The translations under genes were made by a program, and so were the position numbers. The notes beneath the pieces are model-generated. The model saw only the letters and a list, made by a program, of their open reading frames with translations. It searched no databases and was not told where the DNA came from. A stretch of DNA of 64,000 bases, from IMG/VR virus record IMGVR_UViG_3300037200_000158, positions 1-64,000 of that record. One strand, given 5' to 3'. This document shows positions 1 to 8,580 of this stretch, in pieces. Each line of letters starts with the position of its first letter. Within the stretch, counting starts at the first letter, position 1. Source of the DNA: a virus.

Positions 1-542
1 GCCTTCGCAATCTTATCTTCCAGTCGCTCCGTAGCGTTAGCATCTCCCGCCATGATCGGACGCCATTCTGGATGCAGCGCTTTCAGAATGGCGTCTTTGG
101 CCCGCGGCAGAAACTCGATAAGCTCCGTTCGTCTCGCATCGACTACGCGGTTACGCTTTTCCATCCGGCGAGCCGGGAAGTTCGATGGTCCCGCGATCAT
201 CGTTGAGTACGTGCGGCTCTGGCTGCTGAGATAAGCCGCATACCGCTTACGATAGCCTGCGCGAAGCCGCGTAAACTCCTCATCGAGCGTTGCCAGTTTC
301 TCCGGTGTATCGGCGTGGCTCAGCAGTACATCATACAGGCCGGTCAACTCCAGCACGTAACCAGAGCGGACCTGTTCGCCGCGTTTCTCCGGGCTGAAAC
401 TGGTACCGGAGTGCGCGGAGATCGCAAGGCTGAGTGGAATATCCGCCATGAAGCCGTGCGGGTCTTCGACCGGCGATTCGTCGCGGGGATTGTCACGTGC
501 TCCCATGACCCCGCAGAAGGCGTTTACGATTCCGGTACTCAT
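1..542 (-). CDS. hypothetical protein (partial; 3' end lies beyond window start)
   Basis: Minus-strand frame is open from ATG 542-540 to the window edge (about 180 codons, MSTGIVNAFCGVMG...LEDKIAK). Its ATG shares a base with the TAA of the upstream gene (TAATG). It is absent from the ORF track only because no stop lies in the window. Confidence 0.6.
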   Translation of the reverse strand, partial: MSTGIVNAFCGVMGARDNPRDESPVEDPHGFMADIPLSLAISAHSGTSFSPEKRGEQVRSGYVLELTGLYDVLLSHADTPEKLATLDEEFTRLRAGYRKRYAAYLSSQSRTYSTMIAGPSNFPARRMEKRNRVVDARRTELIEFLPRAKDAILKALHPEWRPIMAGDANATERLEDKIAK

Positions 543-1057
543 TACAGATCCTCCCCGGTAAGCGGATCGTGTGTCTGCGCGATGCGAAAACCGCCGCGCT
601 CCGGCGTCACTTTACCGGCGGGATGCCGATCCATAGCCAAGCACCGCTCTAGGTGCGCGCCCTCGCGATCACCGGCCCCGATAGCCACCAGCCAGTTAAC
701 GCCGGCCGCTTCCGCCTTGTCTTCGAAGTCCGTCTCATATCGCGGATCGCAGGACGTGTATCGGGAAACCTTGCAGGTCATCCCCGGCGTGCTGCTCTCC
801 GAGGGGATCATCGACGGGTCCGGCTCGATGGCCTGCGCTTGCGGGCACACCCGGAGCCAGCGTGAAGCGCCGGAGAGAACGAAGCCGCGCAGTGTGCGCT
901 TGCCTTTCTCCATGTACTTCACCTGCACCGCGTCATTATACTGCGCGTACTTCACATCGAACGTAACTTCGATGCTCTTGCAGTCGAGCTTATGGATGCC
1001 GCCGAGGAACTCTCCGGTTCGGTACATCGTCACGTTTTCAAATGTCTTCGTTTCCAT
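542..1057 (-). CDS. hypothetical protein
   Basis: 171-aa track ORF (METKTFENVTMYRTGEF...). Its stop overlaps the next start and the composition is protein-like. No family recognised. Confidence 0.6.
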   Translation of the reverse strand: METKTFENVTMYRTGEFLGGIHKLDCKSIEVTFDVKYAQYNDAVQVKYMEKGKRTLRGFVLSGASRWLRVCPQAQAIEPDPSMIPSESSTPGMTCKVSRYTSCDPRYETDFEDKAEAAGVNWLVAIGAGDREGAHLERCLAMDRHPAGKVTPERGGFRIAQTHDPLTGEDL

Positions 1058-1507
1058 TTCGTTTTCTCCTATCGTTGGTACGATCCTGCAATCGTCAGCA
1101 TTACCCGGTGACGCGACGTGGACGCCGATTGCTTGTCACCATACCGGGAAGCTCCGTTTCCCGGCTTCGTTGTGGCCGTCTTTACCGGGCTGAGTGCATA
1201 GGCACCTCCTTGCTTCTCTTCGCTACGCCTGCCATTCGATTGTCGCTCCGGACACACCATGCGCATGACCGAAAGAAAACCCGCGACCCTGCGATTTCTT
1301 CCAGCCCGCCACGAACGCTTTCTCCGGTACACGCGGGCCGTTGGTTCATCCGGGAAGCGTTCGAAGAGTTGAAAGGTGGAAACGGTAGAGCGCGACATTT
1401 ATCGCGCTCCTTGTGGCAAAGGGGCCTCCGCTATTCGCGGAGGAAAGTTAAAGCTCGCCGTAATGTCCGGGGAAGAAACGTAGCTTTCATAGGGCCGCCG
1501 AACGAGA

Positions 1508-1732
1508 TCAGTATACATCTTTCTGCTTCTCTACCCACGCCGCAAGGCGATCAGAGGCAGCGCGAAAACGCTGTGGCGCATAGAACGCCTGGAGCGCGGC
1601 GTGAGGGGTGCGACACCACAGCCAGTAATTATCGTCTTTGGGTTGGACTCGGTACAGGGTCCTGCCTCCGATTTCGGTCTCCTGAATTTGCCTCCCGTTC
1701 GCGGTCAGAGCGTACACTACAAATTCGCTCAT
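1508..1732 (-). CDS. hypothetical small protein
   Basis: 74-aa track ORF. Its ATG overlaps the stop of the upstream gene (ATGA at 1729-1732). Confidence 0.55.
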   Translation of the reverse strand: MSEFVVYALTANGRQIQETEIGGRTLYRVQPKDDNYWLWCRTPHAALQAFYAPQRFRAASDRLAAWVEKQKDVY

Positions 1733-2112
1733 GCCTCACTCCGTTCCCAGCGCCGAAAAGCGGTCGCTGTAGCTCTCTTTGCCTTTGCCTCACGCGGCGA
1801 AATGTAGGTGGCCATAGCGTTCTCGCCGACGACCGTGGCGCTGGCATCCTGAATTTTTACGTCCTGATGACCGCTGATCTGGCTGTAGATTTCCAGCGCA
1901 CCCTGTTTGAGCGCCGCCGTCTCTGGCGTCTCATAGCCGCTATTTGACCGATTGTGGGCCACACGATAGTTTGTGGCGGCCACATTGTAGCGAGCTACCA
2001 AAACCTGAATCGCCGCACTCTTGCCGCGCAGCGCGAGCGCTTTATCCAGCGCCAAGCGCTGGAGCACTTGGCAGTGAATGAAGCCGTCTGCCAAGTATTT
2101 TTCATATGTCAT
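1729..2112 (-). CDS. hypothetical protein
   Basis: Track ORF 1729..2325 trimmed to ATG 2112, which has GGAGG about 8 nt upstream (MTYEKYLADGFIHCQ...). Confidence 0.55.
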   Translation of the reverse strand: MTYEKYLADGFIHCQVLQRLALDKALALRGKSAAIQVLVARYNVAATNYRVAHNRSNSGYETPETAALKQGALEIYSQISGHQDVKIQDASATVVGENAMATYISPREAKAKRATATAFRRWERSEA

Positions 2113-2313
2113 GTGTGTTGCCTCCATGATTTTTCGACCAGCCGCCCGAATCCCGCCGGAAACACTGCGCACTCGCTCTCGCAGAAGCCTCGGCTCGCCC
2201 TGAACGGCTGATCTGTTGTGATTATGAGCCTTGCGCTCGGGTCCGCACAATCGGGGAAATCCGAGATTCAACGCTTTTTTCATAGGATTTATACGGATGA
2301 TAACGCTATACGA

Positions 2314-2322
2314 TGTAATACG
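2314..2322. promoter_or_regulatory. TGTAWTACA-family palindrome (8/9 match; reads CGTATTACA on minus strand)
   Basis: Member of the recurrent motif family. Lies in the spacer upstream of minus-strand gene 1729..2112. Confidence 0.35.
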
Positions 2323-2385
2323 CAAGCGGTTTGACGGACGATGCGGAGGTCTAACTGCAAGTAGCTATCTTTATATAGCGTTAGC

Positions 2386-2880
2386 TTACGCAGTGCGGCG
2401 GCTGGAGCGTGGTGCGCTAACGGGTGCTTTTGTCATGAGGTCCCTGTACAGGTGGCCGTCTTGTAGCGCAACGTTCCTGACCTCTGGGTGTTCGAGGTCG
2501 GTCGCCGTGCCGAACACAGGCGAAAGGAGGATATATTTGCCGCGCTGGTGACCTTTACTGATCGCTTTGATGTGATCCGCTTTCGCGAGATCCTTCAGGC
2601 CGGATTGCACTGTTTCAACGCTCAAGCCCAGCGCTTCGGCGATCGCGCGAATACCCCGTTGCACCTGGTTGGACTTGCCGAATTGCCACTGGACAAGCTC
2701 TACGTAGACGAGCCGCGCGGCAGGACTCAGGCTCTTGTCGCGGGCTACCGAAGCCGGCACTTTGCCGTATTGGCGTGTTCGGAATTTCCGTACACCTTCG
2801 GGGGGTACCTGTGTTCGGAATTTCCGCTCACGTACAGACTTAAAACCTTCAGACGTGGATTTACGCTCTTTGCGCGTCAT
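2386..2880 (-). CDS. winged-helix/HTH DNA-binding protein (regulator or replication-initiator-like)
   Basis: Track ORF trimmed to MTRKERK (ATG 2880, ATGA overlap with upstream gene). SPAARLVYVELVQW...IRAIAEALGLSVETVQSGLKDL looks like a wHTH. Contains a 16-bp direct repeat. Confidence 0.65.
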   Translation of the reverse strand: MTRKERKSTSEGFKSVRERKFRTQVPPEGVRKFRTRQYGKVPASVARDKSLSPAARLVYVELVQWQFGKSNQVQRGIRAIAEALGLSVETVQSGLKDLAKADHIKAISKGHQRGKYILLSPVFGTATDLEHPEVRNVALQDGHLYRDLMTKAPVSAPRSSRRTA

Positions 2881-3242
2881 CCGCGGGTCCGCTCCAGCCG
2901 CTTCATTTGCGCGTCCCCGGCCCGTCGACAGGGCAGGCAGGTTGAACCTTGGTTCGTGATTCCCTCGCGCCAGCGCTTCGCGATGCACTCAACACCGAAC
3001 GGTGTGATCTCGTGCAGCCGCCCGCAGCATGAGCACTTTGCGCTCACGGTACCGTCTGGCCTGTGGAGTAAGAGCAACATCCTGTCCTGTATTGTACAGC
3101 ACGGATTATTGTCCTTGTCCTTCACGCACTCTTGGGACTTTGGGCCGAACAGCAAAGCCCTTCGTGTTCGCGCCCCACGGCACCGTCCGCCCTCACACAT
3201 TGCAATCTGTCGCGCACGCGCGATGTGTGGTTCAAAAGCCAC
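2877..3242 (-). CDS. Cys-rich small protein, start uncertain
   Basis: 121-aa track ORF with a GTG start (alternative ATG at 3200). KCSCCGRLHEITPFGVEC. Its stop overlaps the next ATG. Confidence 0.4.
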   Translation of the reverse strand: MAFEPHIARARQIAMCEGGRCRGARTRRALLFGPKSQECVKDKDNNPCCTIQDRMLLLLHRPDGTVSAKCSCCGRLHEITPFGVECIAKRWREGITNQGSTCLPCRRAGDAQMKRLERTRG

Positions 3243-3409
3243 ACTTTGAACACTTTCTGTATCGAATAAGCCACACCGGAACGAATTGACCCATTTGCAT
3301 AGTCCGAATCGGACGTGCTATGCTTCGTGCGTCAAAGCCGGACAGCAATTCCCCGTCCCCACGTGGACGCGGAGCCGGACTACCGCGAGGGTCTTTCAGT
3401 CCCGCGGCA

Positions 3410-3436
3410 ATAAAAAAGCCCGACCGAAGCCGGGCT
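3410..3436 (-). terminator. intrinsic terminator of recombinase operon
   Basis: On the minus strand AGCCCGGC-UUCG-GUCGGGCU is followed by a U run, immediately after the stop of 3453..3719. Confidence 0.75.
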
Positions 3437-3452
3437 GTCAATGTTATGGGTC

Positions 3453-3719
3453 TTACTTCTTCGGATCGTAGTGTTTCGCGAGATCATCGCCAGATAGCAC
3501 GAAGATATCGGTTTTCCAGTTGCCGGTCCAGGCGAGTAACAGAAGATCGTCCAGTTCGGCCCTCTTCACGATTGCATCCTTGCCTGTTCGGTCGTGCGCG
3601 TATTCCGCGTCACCGTTGACCGTGACGAGGATTAGTGTCATTTTGGCGTTGTTGCGGATGCCAGAAGGCGGTACGGAGTCGCCACCCAACACCCTGAAGT
3701 TCTTCGGATTGAAGATCAT
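3453..3719 (-). CDS. hypothetical protein
   Basis: Track ORF 3453..3725 trimmed to ATG 3719, which forms an ATGA overlap with the recombinase stop. Confidence 0.6.
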   Translation of the reverse strand: MIFNPKNFRVLGGDSVPPSGIRNNAKMTLILVTVNGDAEYAHDRTGKDAIVKRAELDDLLLLAWTGNWKTDIFVLSGDDLAKHYDPKK

Positions 3720-4291
3720 TTCCACCCCTTCAAGCGCTTGCCGGTGCTGTCGCGGCGCTTGTTCGTGATCTTCGCGTAGATCGCAGTATTGGCAATATTC
3801 GCGTGTCCAAGGTGATCCTGCACATCCGCAATGTCCTCGCCATGTTCGAGTAGCGAGGTTGCACAGCTGTGCCGCAGCGCGTGGAAGTGTGCCTTATCCG
3901 GCTGGATTCGAGCGGCCGCACAATACCGCTTCATCAGCACATCCAGCATTTGCTGGCTGATCGGCTGTCGGAAGCGAGACAGGAAGATCGGGCCCTCTGC
4001 TTCGCCACGCTCCCGCAACCAGGCGCGCAACGATTTCGTTTCGGCCTCGGTGAGGATATATTCCCCGCTGGTGTCAACGGCTCCGCACTTCAGCCGGTGG
4101 ACATACAGGCGCCCGACAGCCGGCCTATAGTCACCCATCTGTAGCAATCCAACCTCGGATGCACGCAACCCGCGGTGATAGGCCAGCCGGAAGATTGCGC
4201 GATCCCGCGGCGCTTCGATGACCGCGAAGAGCCGGTTAAGCTCCTCGTCGGTCAGATATTTGATGTTGCGCTTGCTTAATAGCCGAGCCAT
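3716..4291 (-). CDS. tyrosine recombinase, catalytic domain only (191 aa)
   Basis: Catalytic signature visible: AYHRGLRASE (Arg), HALRHSCAT (H-x-x-R), LGHANIANTAIYAKI (His...Tyr). No N-terminal core-binding domain; the size resembles FimB/FimE-type recombinases. Confidence 0.9.
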   Translation of the reverse strand: MARLLSKRNIKYLTDEELNRLFAVIEAPRDRAIFRLAYHRGLRASEVGLLQMGDYRPAVGRLYVHRLKCGAVDTSGEYILTEAETKSLRAWLRERGEAEGPIFLSRFRQPISQQMLDVLMKRYCAAARIQPDKAHFHALRHSCATSLLEHGEDIADVQDHLGHANIANTAIYAKITNKRRDSTGKRLKGWK

Positions 4292-4479
4292 TCGTACACC
4301 TCCTGAATGGTCGCGCCCGCGTTAAAGCGCTTCGCGTGCGTGTGGATCTTGCCGTTAGCGGCAATGACGACATCAGCCACTCCGATGCTATAGGGGCGTT
4401 CGCCTAGGATTCTAATGCCGTGGTCAGCTAAGATGCGCCGGATCAGCGCCTCATGTGCCCTGCTCTGCTGTGATCTCAT
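4276..4479 (-). CDS. hypothetical protein upstream of recombinase
   Basis: The track ORF starts at TTG 4548. The first ATG at 4479 has GAAAGGA upstream. Overlaps the recombinase start by 16 nt. Confidence 0.5.
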   Translation of the reverse strand: MRSQQSRAHEALIRRILADHGIRILGERPYSIGVADVVIAANGKIHTHAKRFNAGATIQEVYEWLGY

Positions 4480-4516
4480 CTCGGTTGCGGTCCTTTCCAC
4501 CGCATCCCGATCATAA

Positions 4517-4652
4517 CGCCAATTGGTTAATTTAGTCAATATCACCAATTGAGATTATCGAAAATAGTTTCTGTTGGTGCAAGTACATATAGTTAGTGCC
4601 AATCGGCGAAATCGGCTTCTGGCGCTGAATAGTGCTAATTTCACCAATTGGG
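4517..4652. promoter_or_regulatory. divergent control region with CCAATTGG-type operator candidates
   Basis: CCAATTGG at 4519-4526 and 4644-4651, CCAATTG at 4545-4551, CCAATCGG at 4599-4606. Direct repeat AAT(A/T)TCACCAATTG at 4538-4551 and 4637-4650. Lies between oppositely oriented gene sets. Confidence 0.5.
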
Positions 4653-4714
4653 AAGCGAATACAGCCCCGCCAACGCATCGCCGCGGCCTTCCTGAACCCT
4701 CAGCACCCCTCAAA

Positions 4715-4921
4715 ATGTCCGCTAACCGTCCTATTCTCAATCAGATCGAGTTGCGCCGCCTATCGGCCCTCTGCGACCTCGGCACAGCTTTGCAGCGCGG
4801 CAAAGCAGACAATGCGGCCGTCACTGTCGATGGCGTCGAGCTCGCCAGCCTGCCGGCTATCGAGCAATGGGCCGTTGGCCTCGGCCGCCGCGAGGCGCTC
4901 TACCGCACCGGCAGCAATTGA
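4715..4921 (+). CDS. hypothetical small protein (first plus-strand gene)
   Basis: Track ORF 4574..4921 trimmed to its first ATG (MSANRPILNQIELRRLS...). Confidence 0.5.
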   Translation: MSANRPILNQIELRRLSALCDLGTALQRGKADNAAVTVDGVELASLPAIEQWAVGLGRREALYRTGSN

Positions 4922-4941
4922 GCGAGCGAGAGTCCTCAGCG

Positions 4942-5112
4942 ATGCGACGCCAGCGGAGATCATATCGACCTGTCGACCTGCTCACGCTCGCCGCTATCAC
5001 CATCGGGTTCCTGCTGCTGCGTGGATGCAGCGCCGCGGTAGGTGATCGACCGCAGCGACCAGCAGCCGAGACGCCGGCCAACCTCGAGCGGCACCCTCGA
5101 GCGGTGGCCTGA
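4942..5112 (+). CDS. possible small membrane/lipoprotein-like peptide
   Basis: ATG-initiated part of track ORF 4867..5112: MRRQRRSYRPVDLLTLAAITIGFLLLRGCSAAV. Weak call. Confidence 0.3.
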   Translation: MRRQRRSYRPVDLLTLAAITIGFLLLRGCSAAVGDRPQRPAAETPANLERHPRAVA

Positions 5113-5228
5113 ACCCCAGCCGGGTCGACCCCACCCACTAGGGGGTATACCGGGCTTTGGCTGCGCGGTCTGGGAGTAGTCAGGCTCCGTTCAGGGCGGG
5201 AAAAACAAACCCGATAATTCTCGAACTT

Positions 5229-5237
5229 TGTATTACA
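5229..5237. promoter_or_regulatory. TGTATTACA palindrome
   Basis: Perfect 9-mer. Its last base lies 9 nt before ATG 5246. Confidence 0.55.
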
Positions 5238-5245
5238 CTGAGTTC

Positions 5246-5464
5246 ATGAAAATATTTGGCCGCACCACCGAACGAACGCAAATCGAACTCTCCGGTGTTC
5301 GCCTTGCGAGCGCGCTGCTCTGGCTGAAAGCAGGAGGGTGGTTCATCCAGATACGTGACGGCGTCGAGATTGAGATCTCCGAGGATCAGTACGACCGGCT
5401 CGCGGAGGAACTGAAGCATCTGACGCGGGAGGCCGGGACGAAGAAGAAGGCGGCGCAGCCGTGA
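5246..5464 (+). CDS. hypothetical small protein
   Basis: ATG 5246 within track ORF 5228..5464 (MKIFGRTTERTQ...). Confidence 0.6.
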   Translation: MKIFGRTTERTQIELSGVRLASALLWLKAGGWFIQIRDGVEIEISEDQYDRLAEELKHLTREAGTKKKAAQP

Positions 5465-5676
5465 ACCACACGCCGACACAGGCACAGCGGATAAATGCCG
5501 AGACGCTTTGGGTGATCTCGGATCCGTCCGGGCTCTATTCCATCGAAGATATCTACGGACTGCTCAAGCAGGCGGCCGGGCGTGGCATTAGTCTGGGATG
5601 CGATTCTCCACTTGAGCACCTTACGCTTGGCGAACTCGACACGATGCTGAACGGCAGGCCTCGATATGCGGTATGA
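5461..5676 (+). CDS. hypothetical small protein
   Basis: 71-aa track ORF. GTGA overlap with the preceding stop. Confidence 0.55.
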   Translation: MNHTPTQAQRINAETLWVISDPSGLYSIEDIYGLLKQAAGRGISLGCDSPLEHLTLGELDTMLNGRPRYAV

Positions 5677-5888
5677 GAATGTTCCGCCGCTTTCTGCACT
5701 CCCAGAGAACTTCCATGAGCGACGCTGAACTCGACGGGCGAATGCGGAAGATCGACGAGATGTCTCGCTTGCTCGCTGCCCACATCGAACATCTGCCGGC
5801 AGACGAGCGGGATTTTGTTCGTGCGCATGTTCTCGCTCTGCTGGCTCCGCCGCAGAAGGCGCTTACGAAGTCAGCTACTGCGGGGTAG
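5673..5888 (+). CDS. hypothetical small protein
   Basis: 71-aa track ORF. ATGA overlap with the preceding stop. Confidence 0.55.
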   Translation: MRMFRRFLHSQRTSMSDAELDGRMRKIDEMSRLLAAHIEHLPADERDFVRAHVLALLAPPQKALTKSATAG

Positions 5889-5897
5889 AATGCTTTT

Positions 5898-6089
5898 ATG
5901 GCGAACGCGGGCAAGTGGCTGGCGAGGGATCTGGGTTCGTTCGACCCGCCGGCGTTTCCGGCTGAACCGGAACCCGTCACTCCGAAGGTCTTCCCGCTTG
6001 CCGAGCGGCTGACTGCGCAGGAACTGATTCTGCTCTACGGCTTTCGTGCTTCGCTTCCGCCCGGAAAGGTAGTACAATTTCCGGCATGA
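5898..6089 (+). CDS. hypothetical small protein
   Basis: 63-aa track ORF. The next gene starts by ATGA overlap at 6086. Confidence 0.5.
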   Translation: MANAGKWLARDLGSFDPPAFPAEPEPVTPKVFPLAERLTAQELILLYGFRASLPPGKVVQFPA

Positions 6090-6751
6090 GCAATACGAAG
6101 AGCGTTCCGCTTCCTCCGATACAGGCGCCGACTCAGGATCAGCTCAACGCGGCAATCAACCTGATCAACGCGATGTGGCAAGGACATCTCGCGTTGCCCT
6201 CAAACTTCCCTGCCGCTCCAGGCTTCGCCCCGCCGGGCTCGAAGATCGGCCAGACGATCAATATCCGACGACCGATGCTGTTCAACTCGGCCCATTCGAC
6301 TCTCGCAATGGATTGTGCTCGCTACATCGCGCAGTACTTCGGCGAGATGCTGAATGAACTCGGCATTACTGTTCATCGTTCCTACCGCAAGATCGATCAC
6401 GTCCTAAATTTCCAGTACATCAACATCATCGACGAAACGATGTCGGAGCCTCACGTTATCGAGGCGGACCTGATTCTGGATTCCGCGGCCTGCCGTGAAA
6501 CCGCTGAGTTCTTCGTCGACTCAATTCTGCGCCGGATACGCGGACATGGGTCGCTGATAGCGCTGGTTCCAGTGAGACCGCGCGGTGGTGATCTGGCAGA
6601 ATCTCCCATCGGGGTCTGCGTTTACGTGCGCGTGACTGGACCGGGCCGGTATGCCGCCACTACGGCGTATCGACTGCAGGAGCGTGGTTGGCTTTCATTC
6701 GACGCAATCAGAGCAGCAGACTCGATAACCTTCACCCACGAGTACGTGTGA
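6086..6751 (+). CDS. hypothetical protein with coat-N-arm-like motif
   Basis: 221-aa track ORF. KIGQTINIRRPMLF resembles the G-D-T-x-T-I-R-K-P strand of P22-type coat proteins (consensus from memory). Confidence 0.65.
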   Translation: MSNTKSVPLPPIQAPTQDQLNAAINLINAMWQGHLALPSNFPAAPGFAPPGSKIGQTINIRRPMLFNSAHSTLAMDCARYIAQYFGEMLNELGITVHRSYRKIDHVLNFQYINIIDETMSEPHVIEADLILDSAACRETAEFFVDSILRRIRGHGSLIALVPVRPRGGDLAESPIGVCVYVRVTGPGRYAATTAYRLQERGWLSFDAIRAADSITFTHEYV

Positions 6752-6757
6752 GGCCGC

Positions 6758-7288
6758 GTGGCGAACAAGCTCATTGATGGCGCGATCATCGCGCAGGCTC
6801 TCACCTGGCTGATCCTGCAGGAACTCAAACTGCGCGGCGTCAGGATGTCGGCGGGCGCTCCGGATGGCGAGGCGCACCTCCTGCGCTGGGAGTTGCCGCC
6901 GATAGCCAATCAGGACCTGGCGCTCACCATCGATAACTTCATAGATAAATTCTGTGCCACATCGGCGAGGGAGATTGCTTCGGTTCTAGCCGAACGCATT
7001 GGAACCGGCGTGGCGTCGTTTGAAGAACTGGGGCTGCCCGGCGCTTACGACATTTCGGAACGCCAGCGCGATCAGGCGACCGGCTTCGTGATGAATGTCG
7101 AGCGCTATTACGACATCATGACGGACACGATGGTCTGGCAGGTGCGAATCGCTTACCGGGTGCGGAAGATGCGCGGCATGTTCGACCCGTTCATAGCGGA
7201 GCAGTGGAACCGCAGCCGCCCTTCCTTCGACGGAACCTTCAAATGGTTCTTCGACGATATTGTCCCGGTGACACCCGCTATTCCGTAG
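6758..7288 (+). CDS. hypothetical protein resembling the N terminus of this phage's coat protein
   Basis: 176-aa track ORF with a GTG start. MANKLIDGAIIAQALTWLILQELKL compares with coat MANELINPVAVAQDSLIRWENNLTA, and DLALTIDNFIDKF with DLTMTIDRFGERY. Confidence 0.65.
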   Translation: MANKLIDGAIIAQALTWLILQELKLRGVRMSAGAPDGEAHLLRWELPPIANQDLALTIDNFIDKFCATSAREIASVLAERIGTGVASFEELGLPGAYDISERQRDQATGFVMNVERYYDIMTDTMVWQVRIAYRVRKMRGMFDPFIAEQWNRSRPSFDGTFKWFFDDIVPVTPAIP

Positions 7289-7805
7289 GAATCCCGAACG
7301 CTCCGAGCACAGCCCTGCGGACCGACTCCATCAGATTCGGTGCCATCGTCAGGTTGCGCTTCGCGTCCCAGTTCTGGCCGGCGGAGTGGTAATTGGCGAC
7401 CAGTTCCCGAGTACGGCCGTTGTAGGTGATCTGGAACGAAGACTTATCGGGATCGCGCGCCAGATCGGCCTTGATCGCGGCGATTTGCTCTTTCGTCACT
7501 TCGACGATCACTCTCGCTTCCGTATCCGAACCCACGTTCTTCCCGATGTTGATCTCGCCCGAGGCAACGGCCTTCATCACTTCGGCGCGTACATCCTGCC
7601 GAATGCTTTCGATGTAGATGCGCTCCGCGTCGGCAACGGCATTGCGAGCGAGTTCCATGAACGCCTTCTGCTTCTCGGCGATGCCGAGGATGCCTTGCTG
7701 GGCGACTTTCTGCACGGTGTTATCGCGGGAAAGCAACTCGACAACGGCTTCGTCGAGCAGGTTGACGAGCTGATCGTCCGAGAGTTGGGAGAGGCCGAGG
7801 TCCAT
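7278..7805 (-). CDS. hypothetical protein (last gene of RHH-vWA operon)
   Basis: Track ORF 7278..7952 trimmed to MDLGLSQLSDDQ (ATG 7805, TAATG junction with the upstream gene). Confidence 0.6.
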   Translation of the reverse strand: MDLGLSQLSDDQLVNLLDEAVVELLSRDNTVQKVAQQGILGIAEKQKAFMELARNAVADAERIYIESIRQDVRAEVMKAVASGEINIGKNVGSDTEARVIVEVTKEQIAAIKADLARDPDKSSFQITYNGRTRELVANYHSAGQNWDAKRNLTMAPNLMESVRRAVLGAFGIPTE

Positions 7806-7996
7806 TAGCGCTTTCGGCTTACGATTGCCTCGTAAATCACCGCCATAAATCCGAAGAAGGGGCAGGCGAAGCTCAGGATTGCGGCGAACCACATCGGACA
7901 TGTCTTGCGGCCGAGTCGCGTCCGTTCGAGATATTGGCTGAAACAGCCGCACATAGCGCCGGAGACCAGGAAAGAGAGCGCCAGGAAGGTCTTCAT
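7805..7996 (-). CDS. small membrane protein
   Basis: 63-aa track ORF with two hydrophobic stretches (FLALSFLVSGAMCGCF; WFAAILSFACPFFGFMAVIY). ATGA overlap with the vWA gene stop. Confidence 0.55.
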   Translation of the reverse strand: MKTFLALSFLVSGAMCGCFSQYLERTRLGRKTCPMWFAAILSFACPFFGFMAVIYEAIVSRKR

Positions 7997-8580
7997 GCCA
8001 GCAGCCCCCGAATCATAGGACTGAGTTCTTTGCAGCCGTCGAACGTCATCTGTTCGCCGCCGCCCTTTCGCGCAAGGCTCTGCAGGTAGGCAACTGCCGG
8101 ATGTCCGTCGGGCCCGCAGTACACGCAGTCGATACGGCCTGTCATCTGTTCGACCATCTCTGCCGGAGTATCGGCGTTGTCCGGCAACCCGTCGGAGATA
8201 ATCACCGTTCGCCGCGGCTTCAACTTCGCGGCCTCTTCAAGAGCCGCCGTCAGGTTCGTGCTGCCCATCAGGTGGAACCAGTCCGGGATGTCTTCCGGCC
8301 CGCGCAGCGTCTTCGCGTAGGAACCGAACGCGATGATGATCGTCTTCGGGCGGAACTCGATCAGGTCCTTCAGCGCGATCCGCGCGTGTTCGATCTTGCG
8401 GATGTCGAGCGACCCGATTTCGTCCGCCATGGAGTGAGAGCAGTCCACCAGAACGACTTCGACATGCGAGGCGTTTTCGTAGCGCTTGCGCAGCCGGGCA
8501 ACCTCGCCTGAATCGCCGATCGGCACCCTCGCAGCTTTACCGACGATGTTCCGAAGGACAGAAGAGAGCTCAGCGGACAC
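7993..8580 (-). CDS. von Willebrand factor A (vWA) domain protein
   Basis: MIDAS-like VVLVDCSHSM, then GSTNL and VIISDG. GTG start with GGAGGG 7 nt upstream. Confidence 0.8.
   Translation of the reverse strand: MSAELSSVLRNIVGKAARVPIGDSGEVARLRKRYENASHVEVVLVDCSHSMADEIGSLDIRKIEHARIALKDLIEFRPKTIIIAFGSYAKTLRGPEDIPDWFHLMGSTNLTAALEEAAKLKPRRTVIISDGLPDNADTPAEMVEQMTGRIDCVYCGPDGHPAVAYLQSLARKGGGEQMTFDGCKELSPMIRGLLA

Noticed and set aside
315-1947. Plus-strand ORFs 315..1193 (292 aa) and 1042..1947 (301 aa) at the left end.
   Set aside because: Their composition is Arg/Ser/Pro-rich and unlike real proteins. They overlap better minus-strand genes that show translational coupling.
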